64,000 nt of DNA from Schizochytrium sp. TIO01. Taxonomy: Eukaryota > Protista > Bigyra: Labyrinthulomycetes. Shown piece by piece: positions 43,575-54,817 of this stretch. Both the position numbers and the translations under genes were made by a program. Every line of letters begins with the position of its first letter. Within the stretch, counting starts at the first letter, position 1. The notes under the pieces are model-generated. The model ran no database searches. It was given only the letters and a program-made list of their open reading frames with translations, and was not told the origin of the DNA. The stretch is taken from assembly GCA_004764695.1 (NCBI GenBank), contig SMSO01000031.1, forward strand, positions 5,562,761 to 5,626,760. The letters run 5' to 3'.

Positions 43575-44963
43575 ATGAGCTTAGCCTTTGCAGATGCTCT
43601 CGCGGATCTCTCGGGCCTGGCTCATGTAGACTCTACCTGGCGAAGTCCCTCGGTAAAAGTTCGAGCAAAGAGAGCTGAAGGAACGGAGGAGGAAGATGGT
43701 CTCGCTGGCCAACTCTCACGGGATTCTGCAGCTCGTGATGAGGCCCATGAAGCTGCTGCTCAATTTGGCCCAGCGCTAGCGGATCTGAAACGTGCTAGAG
43801 GTGATCTAGAGCAAGCCTTTGAGGCTGCCGCTAGTCTTCGTAGTGCACAGGCTTGGCGGCTATCCCATGCTGAAGATAGCGATTTCTCCAAGTTTCGTGA
43901 CACGCATGCCACCATGCTCGCTCTCCATGCCGCTGTGGAGCGTACCTCCCACGCTGATACCTCATTTACAGCAGGGGAAGATCTTTGCAATCGCCTTGCT
44001 TTAGCTTCATCACCCGCAACTTTTGCTGTAGAGGCCAGGTTAGCGCTTCTGAATGGGATGGATGATATTGACAAGAAAAACGAAGAAGATAGCATTGACG
44101 AAAATGACGAAGCAGGTAACAGGAACATCCAAAATGACTATGGTAATAAAGGGAAGGGGATTCGTGTTCCCGCTCGATGGCTCGAGTCTCGTGCGGCTCA
44201 GGTTACTTCTTCGGGCTCTACGTCCAGGCAGGATCGCCTTGATCTAGAACGAGACTGTGTTGTGCTTAATGGCCGACTATTGGTTGGAGCTGATGTTGGC
44301 TACGCTGGTGCCGTGGTAGCTTTGGCCTCGGATCTTGAGCGAGCCCTATCTTGGACGCGAGGTGCTGGGGGTGCTGCTCTTGATGCTATCCGTGGACCAG
44401 CGCTCGATAGGTTTGCGAGATGTGTGTTGAATACTGCCAATCGCACACACTCGGGTGGCACTGCCTTTGAGGCTGTGCTAGCGCTCTTTGCAGGATCTAA
44501 GTTCGCGCAAGTCACACCTGCGTCAGAACGTGCTCCGCCAGTATCTATCAGCACTCACCTTGCGCCGTTCAGAAGGTGTGAGAACCTCACGAATGATCCC
44601 ACTGGAGAATCTACCAGGAATACTGAGATACATCAGGCATGGGGTCTGGTTGCACGCATTGAAGGAAGTATTGATTATGAAATTAAGGATGCAGAGGACC
44701 TAGATTCTACTCTTGTAGCACTTCGTGCAACATTTGTGCAAAGTGTGGCTCTTGAAATTCCTCTACCTGCGTTTCATACTCGGCTTTCGAATGATGACGG
44801 ATGTAGCGCGGACCATCGACAGAAAGATTACGCAGTCTGGGAAGACCATGATGCTTTTGCGGAAGGCGTGGTCATCCTTACGCTGAATGAACCTCAAGAA
44901 ACCTTTGAAGAGATGGCAGACGTTACACGCCAAGATGTAGAGGGCGATGCTGAGTTGCTTTGA
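43575..44963 (+). CDS. Hypothetical protein (462 aa); intact copy of a gene partly duplicated at 51819-52446
   Basis: Long ORF, ATG at 43575. Ala-rich helical N-terminus and a globular C-terminal domain (QDRLDLERDCVVLNG...NRTHSGGTAFEAV). Family not recognised. Confidence 0.8.
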   Translation: MSLAFADALADLSGLAHVDSTWRSPSVKVRAKRAEGTEEEDGLAGQLSRDSAARDEAHEAAAQFGPALADLKRARGDLEQAFEAAASLRSAQAWRLSHAEDSDFSKFRDTHATMLALHAAVERTSHADTSFTAGEDLCNRLALASSPATFAVEARLALLNGMDDIDKKNEEDSIDENDEAGNRNIQNDYGNKGKGIRVPARWLESRAAQVTSSGSTSRQDRLDLERDCVVLNGRLLVGADVGYAGAVVALASDLERALSWTRGAGGAALDAIRGPALDRFARCVLNTANRTHSGGTAFEAVLALFAGSKFAQVTPASERAPPVSISTHLAPFRRCENLTNDPTGESTRNTEIHQAWGLVARIEGSIDYEIKDAEDLDSTLVALRATFVQSVALEIPLPAFHTRLSNDDGCSADHRQKDYAVWEDHDAFAEGVVILTLNEPQETFEEMADVTRQDVEGDAELL

Positions 44964-47900
44964 ATGTATCTGTAAGTGTTCAGCAAGAGTTTGTCACTTA
45001 TGAATAGGATGCTTGTATGCTAAATCCAGCGTGCCAAAATGGGCACCGTTCACGTGAACTATGCATCACAATCTCGAATGTTTGAAGCATATAGCTGCAG
45101 CTTGTGTTGGAGGGTATATGGTGTGTTTGTGTCTGAAATTCGTCAAGAGGCAGTATAGTATTAATTCATACCTATGTTGAAGATAATAGACTAGTCAAGT
45201 GGATACTTGGATACATAAATGGCTAAGATTGATTATGTCTCTGTGTGAGATTCGTTTTCTCATTGCTCGTATGACAGTATTTGTTCACCGAAAAGACCGT
45301 GCATAGCCTGCGAATTTAGAGCAGAGATATAAAATCGTTCAGGCGAAAAGAAACGTGTGGCACGTAGCAACACTGAACACGGTGTAGTCTAGAGCCTCTC
45401 AATGTCTGAACTGGATAACGAAGGCATGAACGATAATCTGACGAGATGATGATGTCACAAATCACATTCACTTTCCAACGAGTTTTTGCGGGAAAAGAAC
45501 AAAGTAATCAATCAAGATAGCAAGAGTTATGAAGAATGACTTATGATATAAGCTGATAGTTCGCGTATTTTAGTTAGACCTATGGAGTTGTTTCGTGCTT
45601 ATCTCTAGACTAGTTCAGTTCTTGATAGGCTAGCTAAATGACTTATTTTATTTGTCCCTCAGGAAATGACAAAGAATGACATATCTTCAGGTAATGAATT
45701 GCATTCTTTTGTTCAAATATTAGTCTGTGTAGCATCAACACCTCAGAGTTTATAAAAGGAAAGAAGACAGAAATATTACGACTATGTGACCATCTTAAGC
45801 TCCAGTAGAAATAATGTACACCGTGAAGCGCTACGTCCCGACTATCGTCTTACTTTGCCCATAAATCTTGACGCCAAGAAGCCCATGTCTGAGGGAACTG
45901 GGATTTCAATACGCCATAGAGAAGAGCATTCTCAGTAGCGAAGAACTTTGTCAGTGGCGGGCGGGTGCACGACTTGAATTTGGGCGAGCTGTGGTGACTT
46001 GAGCCGGTCTTAGACTTAGCAAACTTCTTCATTTCGTCGTCCGTAAACGGGCGGAGTCCTAAATAAGCCACAATATCCTGCATTGTCTTGGGAACATCCA
46101 TGTAGAGCTGCTCAGCCTGAACAATGTAGAGCTGCTCAGGAGGGAAGACACGGATCCAACGCACGATCTGATCAACATAGACTGAACGGGCAAGACCCGC
46201 ATCCCATCCCTTCCAAAGACAGTAGCGGCGAATGCACTGCGTCTCACCTCGATTACATGTAATGTCAGAGCGAGACTTAGGGGAGCGACGCACAGATTTG
46301 CCTAGAATCTGTACAAGTTCGGTCGGTGAGACAAACATTCTCAGCGCGTCAAAAGCATTGACACCGTCGATTTCAATCGGCTGTTGTACATGGCCTTCTG
46401 GAGTGTAGTCATCCATACAAGATTGAATAGTAGCAACTTCATTGGCGACGTAGTCATCGCAACCAAGCTTAATCATGTTGCGCTGAGCCTGGCCGACATA
46501 TTGTGAGATAAAGCGGTCCACTGGGTTTCTCAAGGATACAATGGCCTTAATATTAGGCAAGACCTCCCTGACACGCAGTGGCGCGGTCGGGTGCCGGATG
46601 TAAGTTGGCGTACCCTCGCCAGTGATGACCCAGGGCGTCTCAGTGAGGTCTGGGAAATGCTCTCTGTAGAAGGTCATCCCCTGCTTGTATCTCGAGTCGA
46701 CGTTGAAAAAGAGTGTCTCTTTACACGAACTTGGTCGTATAAATCCGTGTTGCATGAGATAAGAGTATATCGCTGTACTGCCGCCCTTGTGTACACCGGC
46801 CACCATAAAGTTCGGCAGTGTGCCAGGAGTTTTATGTCTATACGTCTTACATCTGTAGGTGCTGAACTTGTCTCCATAAAATGGTTGCAATGTGTTTGAG
46901 ACTGTTGCGGAGTTAAGCGCGGTCTCTGCATCCATGCCGTCCTCGATATCACGTGCATCGAGGTCATTGGCATCATATTCGTCCTGCTCACGTTGGGCAC
47001 GGATGTCATCTGCAGTTGCTTGTTTAGTTTCCAAGGTCGCATCACCAGATACCAGTCCGTCTGCCTCAGGTACAATAGACTCGGTGTGACCCAGCATGAT
47101 TAAAACTATCGCTAGCAAGAAGACTCCAAAGGCTAATGTCTTGACGCCAAAGGCCCCCGCAAGTGATGTTGAGAAGGGCGTTGCCTGTGTAATATGAGCG
47201 TCAGGTCTGTGCTGAGCATCTTTCGTCACTGCATTGTTGGTGCGGGCTTTGAGAGGGAAAACCATGATACCCGACACCAGCTCTGCGATTCTCAGAGCAG
47301 TTACGTGAAGTGCTCGATGCAGGTTCGCTTGCTCGGCCCTCGAATCAAATGAGGTTTTGGCTTCGTCACTCCCTTGAACCATAATCGTCTCACAGGTCCA
47401 CTTCTTGGCATAATGTTTCAATTTTTTAACAATAAATTAAAATTGCTGTTTTTTAAATTTTTGAATAACATAAAAAGAATTAGGTAAATTACTCCTCCAG
47501 GAGTAACCTCTATCCGTTATGTAGTGGACAGTGCTGATCGGAGTTCAGTTTTTGGTTTTCAAGCTACATTCCATTTTAATGTCAAAGTTTCTTTTTCTTC
47601 TTTGCCTTTTCCTGTCACGTTTTTATGATCTAGTTTTACAGAAAACCTATTTCTTCCTACTTCTTTCCATTAAAAAAAAACAAAACAAAAAAACGGAAAC
47701 CATAAATCATATAGTTTCGTTTTTCTTAAAATAACAATATTAACAACAAGTTAACTCTAGCTAAGCACACACTCTAGCTAAGCACACACCTATCTCTACG
47801 TAACTTATCTCATGCAAAGATCCATACATGCAGAGGTATTGGGCTTTCCCATACCACAAGCAACGGACAGCCTGATAGATTCCTCGCTATCTACCTAGCT

Positions 47901-48870
47901 CGCTCGCTCTCTCAGTACAGCTGCCTTGGGCTTTGGGCTTCGACAGTAGAGTACCGAGTCTCCAGCCTCATTATTTAGTTCAGGTAGTTTATTTTTTTCT
48001 TCTCTGAATTAATTGATTGACAAAAAAAGAAAAGGTCGTTTCGTTGTGTGCTCTTAATTCTTACCTAGGGGGTACTGCTAGCACTAATGCGCTTAGTAAC
48101 TCTCGATGGGTTAGTAATTGGTAGGTACTACCATGAAGTATCCCAGAAAATCAAGATTAGGGTAAAAGGGAATTGAGAGAAAGGTGTTCAGGTGATAAAT
48201 TTTAGGGATTGATAACTTCAGACGAACAAACAGCGCCTCCCCTCAAACAGATAACCAGTTGCGAGGAACGAGTAAATTTGTAAAAGGCAAGCAAGCCGAG
48301 TAAAAGGCAAACCAAATGGCAGAAAGCAATGAATGCGGCTCTGTGAGAGGCTTTAGGAGGGCTCTCTCAACAGAAACTAACATTTGCGAATTAATGCTAA
48401 AAGCAAAGAATATCAGTGAGCACGCGCCTAATTCCTGTAGAAAGAGTTGAGCGCTTTTAAAGTTGTTTTAGTCAATTCTGGGATTTGCACATGCAAACTG
48501 AGCAGTGATCGAGGCTTAACTGCATCTAATCGAGGACCCCAAGCAACCCAATTTATAATTTTTATGTTTATTTCGAACAAACCCTCGTAGCGTCGTCGCC
48601 ACAATCGCTGGATTTTTTACATTTTTATATAATTTATTTTTTTTCTCTCTCTCTCACTCTACTGATGTTTCTACGTGTGCCTTTAACGAATAAAGAGGGC
48701 TATAGCGGATGACGAAAACGTTCGGCTGATCCTCTTCACAAAGAGTCCCTCCAGACGCGATTCAGGGGTCTATCGCTTGCGATTCAGGGGTCCGCGGAGC
48801 GAGCTCCCTTAATAGATTCGACGACCTTGATTAAAACTAACTTCCTTTAGAACGATCAGGCACAAAGAAC
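44303..48870 (+). repeat. Segmental duplication, copy A
   Basis: Direct homology blocks: 44303-45189 with 51819-52679; 45190-45219 with 56256-56323; 45223-~48870 with 57694-~61785. The right end is approximate. Confidence 0.9.
45850..47265 (-). CDS. Golgi type II membrane sulfotransferase, HS3ST/NDST-like (paralog 1), 471 aa
   Basis: N-terminal TM (TLAFGVFLLAIVLIML), 5'-PSB LPNFMVAGVHKGGST, KETLFF, GEGTPTY, 3'-PB LRNPVDRFIS, RSVYVDQIVRW..FP. ATG 47265 is shared with paralog 2; an upstream in-frame ATG at 47382 exists only in this copy. Confidence 0.92.
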   Translation of the reverse strand: MVFPLKARTNNAVTKDAQHRPDAHITQATPFSTSLAGAFGVKTLAFGVFLLAIVLIMLGHTESIVPEADGLVSGDATLETKQATADDIRAQREQDEYDANDLDARDIEDGMDAETALNSATVSNTLQPFYGDKFSTYRCKTYRHKTPGTLPNFMVAGVHKGGSTAIYSYLMQHGFIRPSSCKETLFFNVDSRYKQGMTFYREHFPDLTETPWVITGEGTPTYIRHPTAPLRVREVLPNIKAIVSLRNPVDRFISQYVGQAQRNMIKLGCDDYVANEVATIQSCMDDYTPEGHVQQPIEIDGVNAFDALRMFVSPTELVQILGKSVRRSPKSRSDITCNRGETQCIRRYCLWKGWDAGLARSVYVDQIVRWIRVFPPEQLYIVQAEQLYMDVPKTMQDIVAYLGLRPFTDDEMKKFAKSKTGSSHHSSPKFKSCTRPPLTKFFATENALLYGVLKSQFPQTWASWRQDLWAK

Positions 48871-51818
48871 AATTTCTTTAATTTAGATTTATTAAATTAT
48901 AACTATAAGTAAGGTATATACTGTATATAGCCCGCACCCAGGACAGCGCACCCCTACAAGAAAAGCGAAAATATCCACTTTTTAAAAAATCAAAATTTAA
49001 GAATCTTCGTAATTACTATTTTATATTCTTTAAACAAAATCAAAATTATAAATCATAAGAGCTAGAACTCAAACCTCCTTATGTCGATGCTTGTGTTCTG
49101 CATACTACTACCGATAGTGGGCAATTAATTCTTCAAAGCTGCTGTGGTAGAAGATCTTACTCTTCTTTTATAGCCACAAATTGGTCCTCCTACGTACTGG
49201 TTTATTTCTGCACGGAGATCTTTCATCCATTCATCCACCCCTTTTAACACAAATGGCAAAAAGAAAACTTCTGCCTCAATAAGAAACAAAGACCTAGAGA
49301 GAGATAGACGCGATCACCTTCACCGATGCATGGATGGTCAATTTTCATGGATGGTGTTCAAGAGGATAGGTCAAAGCTGTCCATCCGTACACCTGTACGG
49401 TTTAAAAACCAGAGGCTACGAGGCAGTTTCGTGGCCCTTGCCCAGTCCGTTTCATGAATTAGTGGGTGTTGTTCGCAGCCGCCGTACTTCATTAAGGGAT
49501 CGCCCACAGTGAGCTAGTCAATTGAGCTCTCGCTGCAAATTCTATGATACCAAACTAGGAGAAGCTCGACGTTTGTTGAAGACTCCAGCCCAAGAATTCC
49601 ATGCAGACCAGCCAGTCTCTAAGAACTGGCGAGGCTGCGAGCACTGCCAGACAGAGCTCATTTTGCGAGACGTTTTCATAGAAAATATTCGCGAGGTTGG
49701 AAAGTGGTGGGTTGAGCAATGTTGCGCGTACTAGTAAGTATACTTTAAAAGGATTCAGAAGCAAGCAAGCCTGACTAGCTAGGAACCAGCCAGGCAAGTT
49801 GATAGGTTTGTCTCGGTGCTGGCTGGTTAAGCGCCGCAGCTCGTGGAAAGTGCAGCGTGGTGGCTAGGAGAAGTTATAAAGGTCGGCAGTGTCCTCGCGT
49901 TGTTTAGGCAAGGTCGTCTGTTCGAGAGTTCTTTGGAGTTCTGCAAAATAAGAAGAATACTTATAACCTTTTAAATTAATTTTCAGTTTTCATGCTAATT
50001 TATAAAGTTAAGAAATAGAAGTATCCGGCTTTCATACTATTGCGCTCATTATCTTAGTTGTAGGTCTTCAATATATTTATACAAATATTCTATATGATGA
50101 TGTTAGAAAAACTAATTTTAAAAAACATTTTCTATGGGCCAAGGCTTCAAACCAAGTAGTTTCTCAAGTCTGATGCCAACTGGCAACAAAATTCCTCTGA
50201 GGCAGACAAACGGAAATTGACCCTGAGCTGAAGTACCTGCTGTGGCCAAGCAGCTATGGGATTGGTCCAGTCCTCTGTGGTTGGTAGAGTCGTAGTATTT
50301 GCCGTTTCTCCGCAAACGACCCTCTCATAGTGCACGAAGCTTTTGATTGGGGTACGCATAGCTATAGCGCAGCTTAACCAAGTCAGAAAATTATTGCAAG
50401 AGCTTGCGTGTTTAGTTAGTTCGATACAGTTCTCATTTCAGAGCTCATAGCCTAGGATGGCTTTATTCATAAATGACTAGAGTTTGTAAAGCAAATTCAA
50501 AACAGGGGGTGTTATGACGAGGCTATGCAAAATTTTCGGAAATTCCCTGTTCATAGTGTGAAGACTATGCAAGCTTTCAAGGATCGCAGAGCGTTATAAG
50601 GAATAGCGATGAGTTCTCTATGGATATTCCTGCCACCATACGGGTAACCATGGGCACTCTTTTTACTCGCAAAGTCTTTACGTTTGCTCCATCAACGAGC
50701 ACCACAAAGAGACTTTATTTATTTGCGCCCACAGTAGAGTTAGTTCCCGGGCGTGACAACGTCATGACATTTATCATCAATCGACTCCTCTGAGACTGAC
50801 TTGAAGAAGTGAAGACATTTAGACTCCTGACGTTTTGGGGAACGTGCCAACCCACCATGTTAGTGATATGATATTTGCAGATTCGCATTAGTAGGCTAGC
50901 CTGTTGATAGAGAACTACATGGACTAAAGGCATGCTCTTATTCAGACCTGCGGTTGTCATCTAAAGAGACAGTTCGCGTACCGCTATTTGGGTGAGAAGA
51001 ACTGCCACCGCCATCACTCAAGCCACACAAAGCGGAAGAAACTTGTTGTTGCTCCTACTGAGAAGGAATACAGATACATCTTTGCGACATGACTTTGCAA
51101 GATTAAGAGGAGCACAACAGGGTGTGTGCAATGGGTGGTGTATAACACTGCACGTGGCTCACCTATGGGACGAAGGGAATCAAACAAGCATCGAGAGGAG
51201 TCTGTCTGCAAAGCGAAACCTGCAGATAGACCCGAAATACCAAAGCGACCAGAAGCACTTGAATCTATCAAGCACATTCAACAGGACAACCCCAGTCATA
51301 ATACTAATTAATTACTATCATCTAAGACATCTCCCCAAATACCTAAGTAATCATGACCACGTCTCATTCCAAAATTGGCAAGGTAAACGTGTTGCTGCAA
51401 TAACCAGCTGCGAGGCGTTGAAAGTGGTGTCTAGCAGAAATTGAGCGAAGACATTGCGACATCACATGAAAGATTATTACTTTTGTTGAGATGAGTGAAC
51501 CAAGTTGCTGCGTCTATGCTCTCAAGACCCCTGAGCATATCATATTTGTGTAGAACTGCTCTTTAGGCCACGTATCTCACATATCTGAAGCTCTGCATGC
51601 ATCTTACCCAATTCAAGCAAGACATATAGTTCTTCATTTATGAGGTTCTCCGGGAAAGTACCACGTTCATCCACTTACGTTGAGGTTCTCATCAATCAAG
51701 AATGACCATTGAATTCAGACCGAGGAGTCTAAACTTTCAACTGAGAAAGACATTGGCCGCCTCGATTTAGGTGAACAAATTTTCTGGAAAAAATCTCAAG
51801 AATGGAAAAAATTATCAT

Positions 51819-52446
51819 CGCTGGTGCCTTGAACGGGCTCTATCTTGGACGCGAGGTGCTGGGGGTGCTGCTCTTGATGCTATCCGTGGACGAGCGCTCG
51901 ATAGGTTTGCGAGATGTGTGTTGAATACTGCCAATCGCACACACTCGGGTGGCACTGCCTTTGAGGCTGTGCTAGCGCTCTTTGCAGGATCTAAGTTCGC
52001 GCAAGTCACACCTGCGTCAGAACGTGCTCCGCCAGTATCTATCAGCACTCACCTTGCGCCGTTCAGAAGGTGTGAGAACCTCACGAATGATCCCACTGGA
52101 GAATCTACCAGGAATACTGAGATGCATCAGGCATGGGGTCTGGTTGCACGCATTGAAGGAAGTATTGATTATGAAATTAAGGATGCAGAGGACCTAGATT
52201 CTACTCTTGTAGCACTTCGTGCAACATTTGTGCAAAGTGTGGCTCTTGAAATTCCTCTACCTGCGTTTCATACTCGGCTTTCGAATGATGACGGACCATC
52301 GACAGAAAGATTACGCAGTCTGGGAAGACCATGGTGCTTTTGCGGAAGGCGTGGTCATCCTTACGCTGAATGAACCTCAAGAAATCTTTGAAGAAATGGC
52401 AGAGGTTACACGCCAAGATGTAGAGGGCGATGCTGAGTTGCTTTGA
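51819..52446 (+). pseudogene. 5'-truncated, frameshifted copy of the 43575-44963 gene
   Basis: Near-identical to 44303-44963. It lacks the 5' half, has a 22-bp deletion at its start, and an 11-bp frameshifting deletion near 52292 between CGGA microhomologies. Confidence 0.9.
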
Positions 52447-53734
52447 ATGTATCTGTAAGTGTTCAGCAGGAGATTGTCACTTCTGAATAGGATGCTTGTA
52501 TGCTAAATCCAGCGTGCCAAAATGGGCACCGTTCACGGGAACTATGCATCACAATCTCGAATGTTTTAAGCATATAGCTGCAACTTGTGTTGGAGGGTAT
52601 ATGGGGTGTGTGTGTGTGTGTCTGAAAATTCGTCAAGCGGAAGTATAGTATTTATTCATACCTATGTTGACGATAATAGTATGCGTACCTACCCACTCAA
52701 GTCTATCTCCACCCATGTGATAATTGATTGATGACTTGGCCTAATATTGAACTAAGGTATGAGGAATTGCATCACGTGCCATGCAGCTCTAGCTAGATAG
52801 TAGGATACTTAAAAGTAACTACTACGTAGCTTTATTTCTGGTGGTTTTAGCAGGTTCAGTGGAACGCTTTCTTTATTTTACGTTAGTACAGATAAAAGCG
52901 CACGTGTCCACCGGCTCTTGGCCTACGGTGGCCTATGATTTCGTAGGAGTCAAATAGGATTATAAGCATAAAATGTAAGCGAAACTTGCAGTTCAAATCT
53001 TGCAGCATTCATTATCAAGCTTGGTGTATAATTTCGGCAAGCGGGCGAATAAAAATGAATGTTGATGCAACAGGATACCGTCTAAGTTAACAGCATTGGC
53101 ATGACTTTTAAAAAATTCGATATAGAAATATGTGACAAGAAAGAAGACGACAAGCTTGAACTAAGCTCCGCTTTGGACATATGCTTGAACTCAGCGATTC
53201 AAGATTACCTAGTACAGAAGTCTAGATACTGACAAGCTGATGTACACATCTCAGTAATGCTTTACAACCACCAATGAAAGGATAGTCTTAGATCTTAAGC
53301 GAGAACTTTAGGACAATGTTTCCAAGTATAGTAGTGGTGAGTATGAATAATATTACAGTGGGCGATGATAAAACTAAATCATTTCCGAAATTGTTCAGGA
53401 TAGCAAACCGTGTCGAAATCATCCCAGTCAGTACAGCTTAAACCTCGAACCCAAATCACAAAATTTCTGGAGTAACATTTCACCAATAAACGAGGAAAAA
53501 ACAAACAACTTAGTCTTTTAAAGTAGAACATAATAAAAGTATCCTCTGAGAACGCCGCGCCACTAGGCTGTGGGCCTGCCTCGATATTTGAACAGCACCA
53601 GCAGCAACAACAAAACGAACATTAACAATGACAAAATAGCAAATTAGAGAAACCAGTTAAACCAAAAGGAGGTAAGGCTGGTCTGACTTCTCATCACAAT
53701 CAACACAATAAAATCCTCACAGGGTTCATGACCC

Positions 53735-54817
53735 TTACTTTCCAGGAGACTTTGGTGGGTCAGTCGGGTCTTGTTTAAAAGAACCTGCAAAATCTTTGGC
53801 CAACAGCTCCTGCATTTCATCAAGGAAGTTAAAGATGCCAGGTGTTTTCGCAACCCATTCACGAAAAATCTCCATAGTCATAGCATCATATGGAGCGAGA
53901 CCCAAGGAATTCCAGACACGGTCAGCAAAAAGAAAAAAGTCTGTGCGAAGCTTATGCTTAAAGCGAGGCAGGGGACCGTTCTCAATGAGAGCCACAGATT
54001 CCGCGGCAGCGGCATCAAAAATCGAGACCGGGATGCCGTCATCCTCATTTTGGTATGCTGCAAGTTTATCACGAATGGTCTCCCTCACTGTTTGGGAAAC
54101 GTTAATCTGATCAGGGGAGTCGACCTCCAGAAATTGTTCCCACACTTGTTCTGTAAACTCGCGAGAAAATGTTGCAGGGCGAGCATCAGAAAGATACTCA
54201 ACCTTATCAATAAAACGTAGTAACTCGTCGGCAAGCTCTGATCGAAGGTAGTCGGCAAAACATTCTCGGCCATACTCAACATCCAGCACATTCTTGATGT
54301 GTGTGCCAATGATTGCTGCAATCATGTCATTAAACTCACGCTTCGAGATTGTTCCGTCGCGGTTAGTGTCAAACAGCCGGAATGCGAGCTGAACATTATC
54401 TTGAACTGAGCCTCGATACATGAGAACACATGTAGAGACAACAAACTCTTGAGCATTAACAGTCCCGTTACGATCTGCGTCAAAGAGAAGCCAAATTTTG
54501 TCAAAAAACTCTGGTTCAATGCAGATATTCATATCTTTAAACACCCGCCGCATCTGTTCCTTATCCATTCCAAGATCATCATTATTCTCAACTGACTCTT
54601 CAGCTCTTTGTTGTTGTTGCAGCAGTTCTTTGAATTTGGCCTCCAGCTCTTCAGTTTCCTGCGAATACTTGCGTTCAATGGTGGACTTTTCATTCTTGAG
54701 AAACTTAATTTGCTTCTCCTTCACGGCCTCAGAGGTGACAGCCATCGACTTGTGCCCCGGCTGCGATGTCTTGCTTTGGCCAAGCGAGACTACGCATAGA
54801 AGCTTGCGCAAGCTCAT
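53735..54817 (-). CDS. NCS/calcineurin-B-like EF-hand protein with an inserted RGS domain, 360 aa
   Basis: EF2 LFDADRNGTVNAQEF, linker RGSVQDNVQLAF, EF3 LFDTNRDGTISKREF. RGS motifs VLDVEYGRECFADYLRSELADELLRF, EQFLEVDSPDQINVS, IFDAAAAESVALIENGPLPRF. Degenerate EF4 FADRVWNSLG...MTMEIFREWVAKTPGI. Confidence 0.88.
   Translation of the reverse strand: MSLRKLLCVVSLGQSKTSQPGHKSMAVTSEAVKEKQIKFLKNEKSTIERKYSQETEELEAKFKELLQQQQRAEESVENNDDLGMDKEQMRRVFKDMNICIEPEFFDKIWLLFDADRNGTVNAQEFVVSTCVLMYRGSVQDNVQLAFRLFDTNRDGTISKREFNDMIAAIIGTHIKNVLDVEYGRECFADYLRSELADELLRFIDKVEYLSDARPATFSREFTEQVWEQFLEVDSPDQINVSQTVRETIRDKLAAYQNEDDGIPVSIFDAAAAESVALIENGPLPRFKHKLRTDFFLFADRVWNSLGLAPYDAMTMEIFREWVAKTPGIFNFLDEMQELLAKDFAGSFKQDPTDPPKSPGK

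Noticed and set aside
51771-52373. 200-aa ORF as an independent gene
   Set aside because: It is a chimeric read of the truncated duplicate, with a GTG start in unrelated sequence and a frameshifted end.
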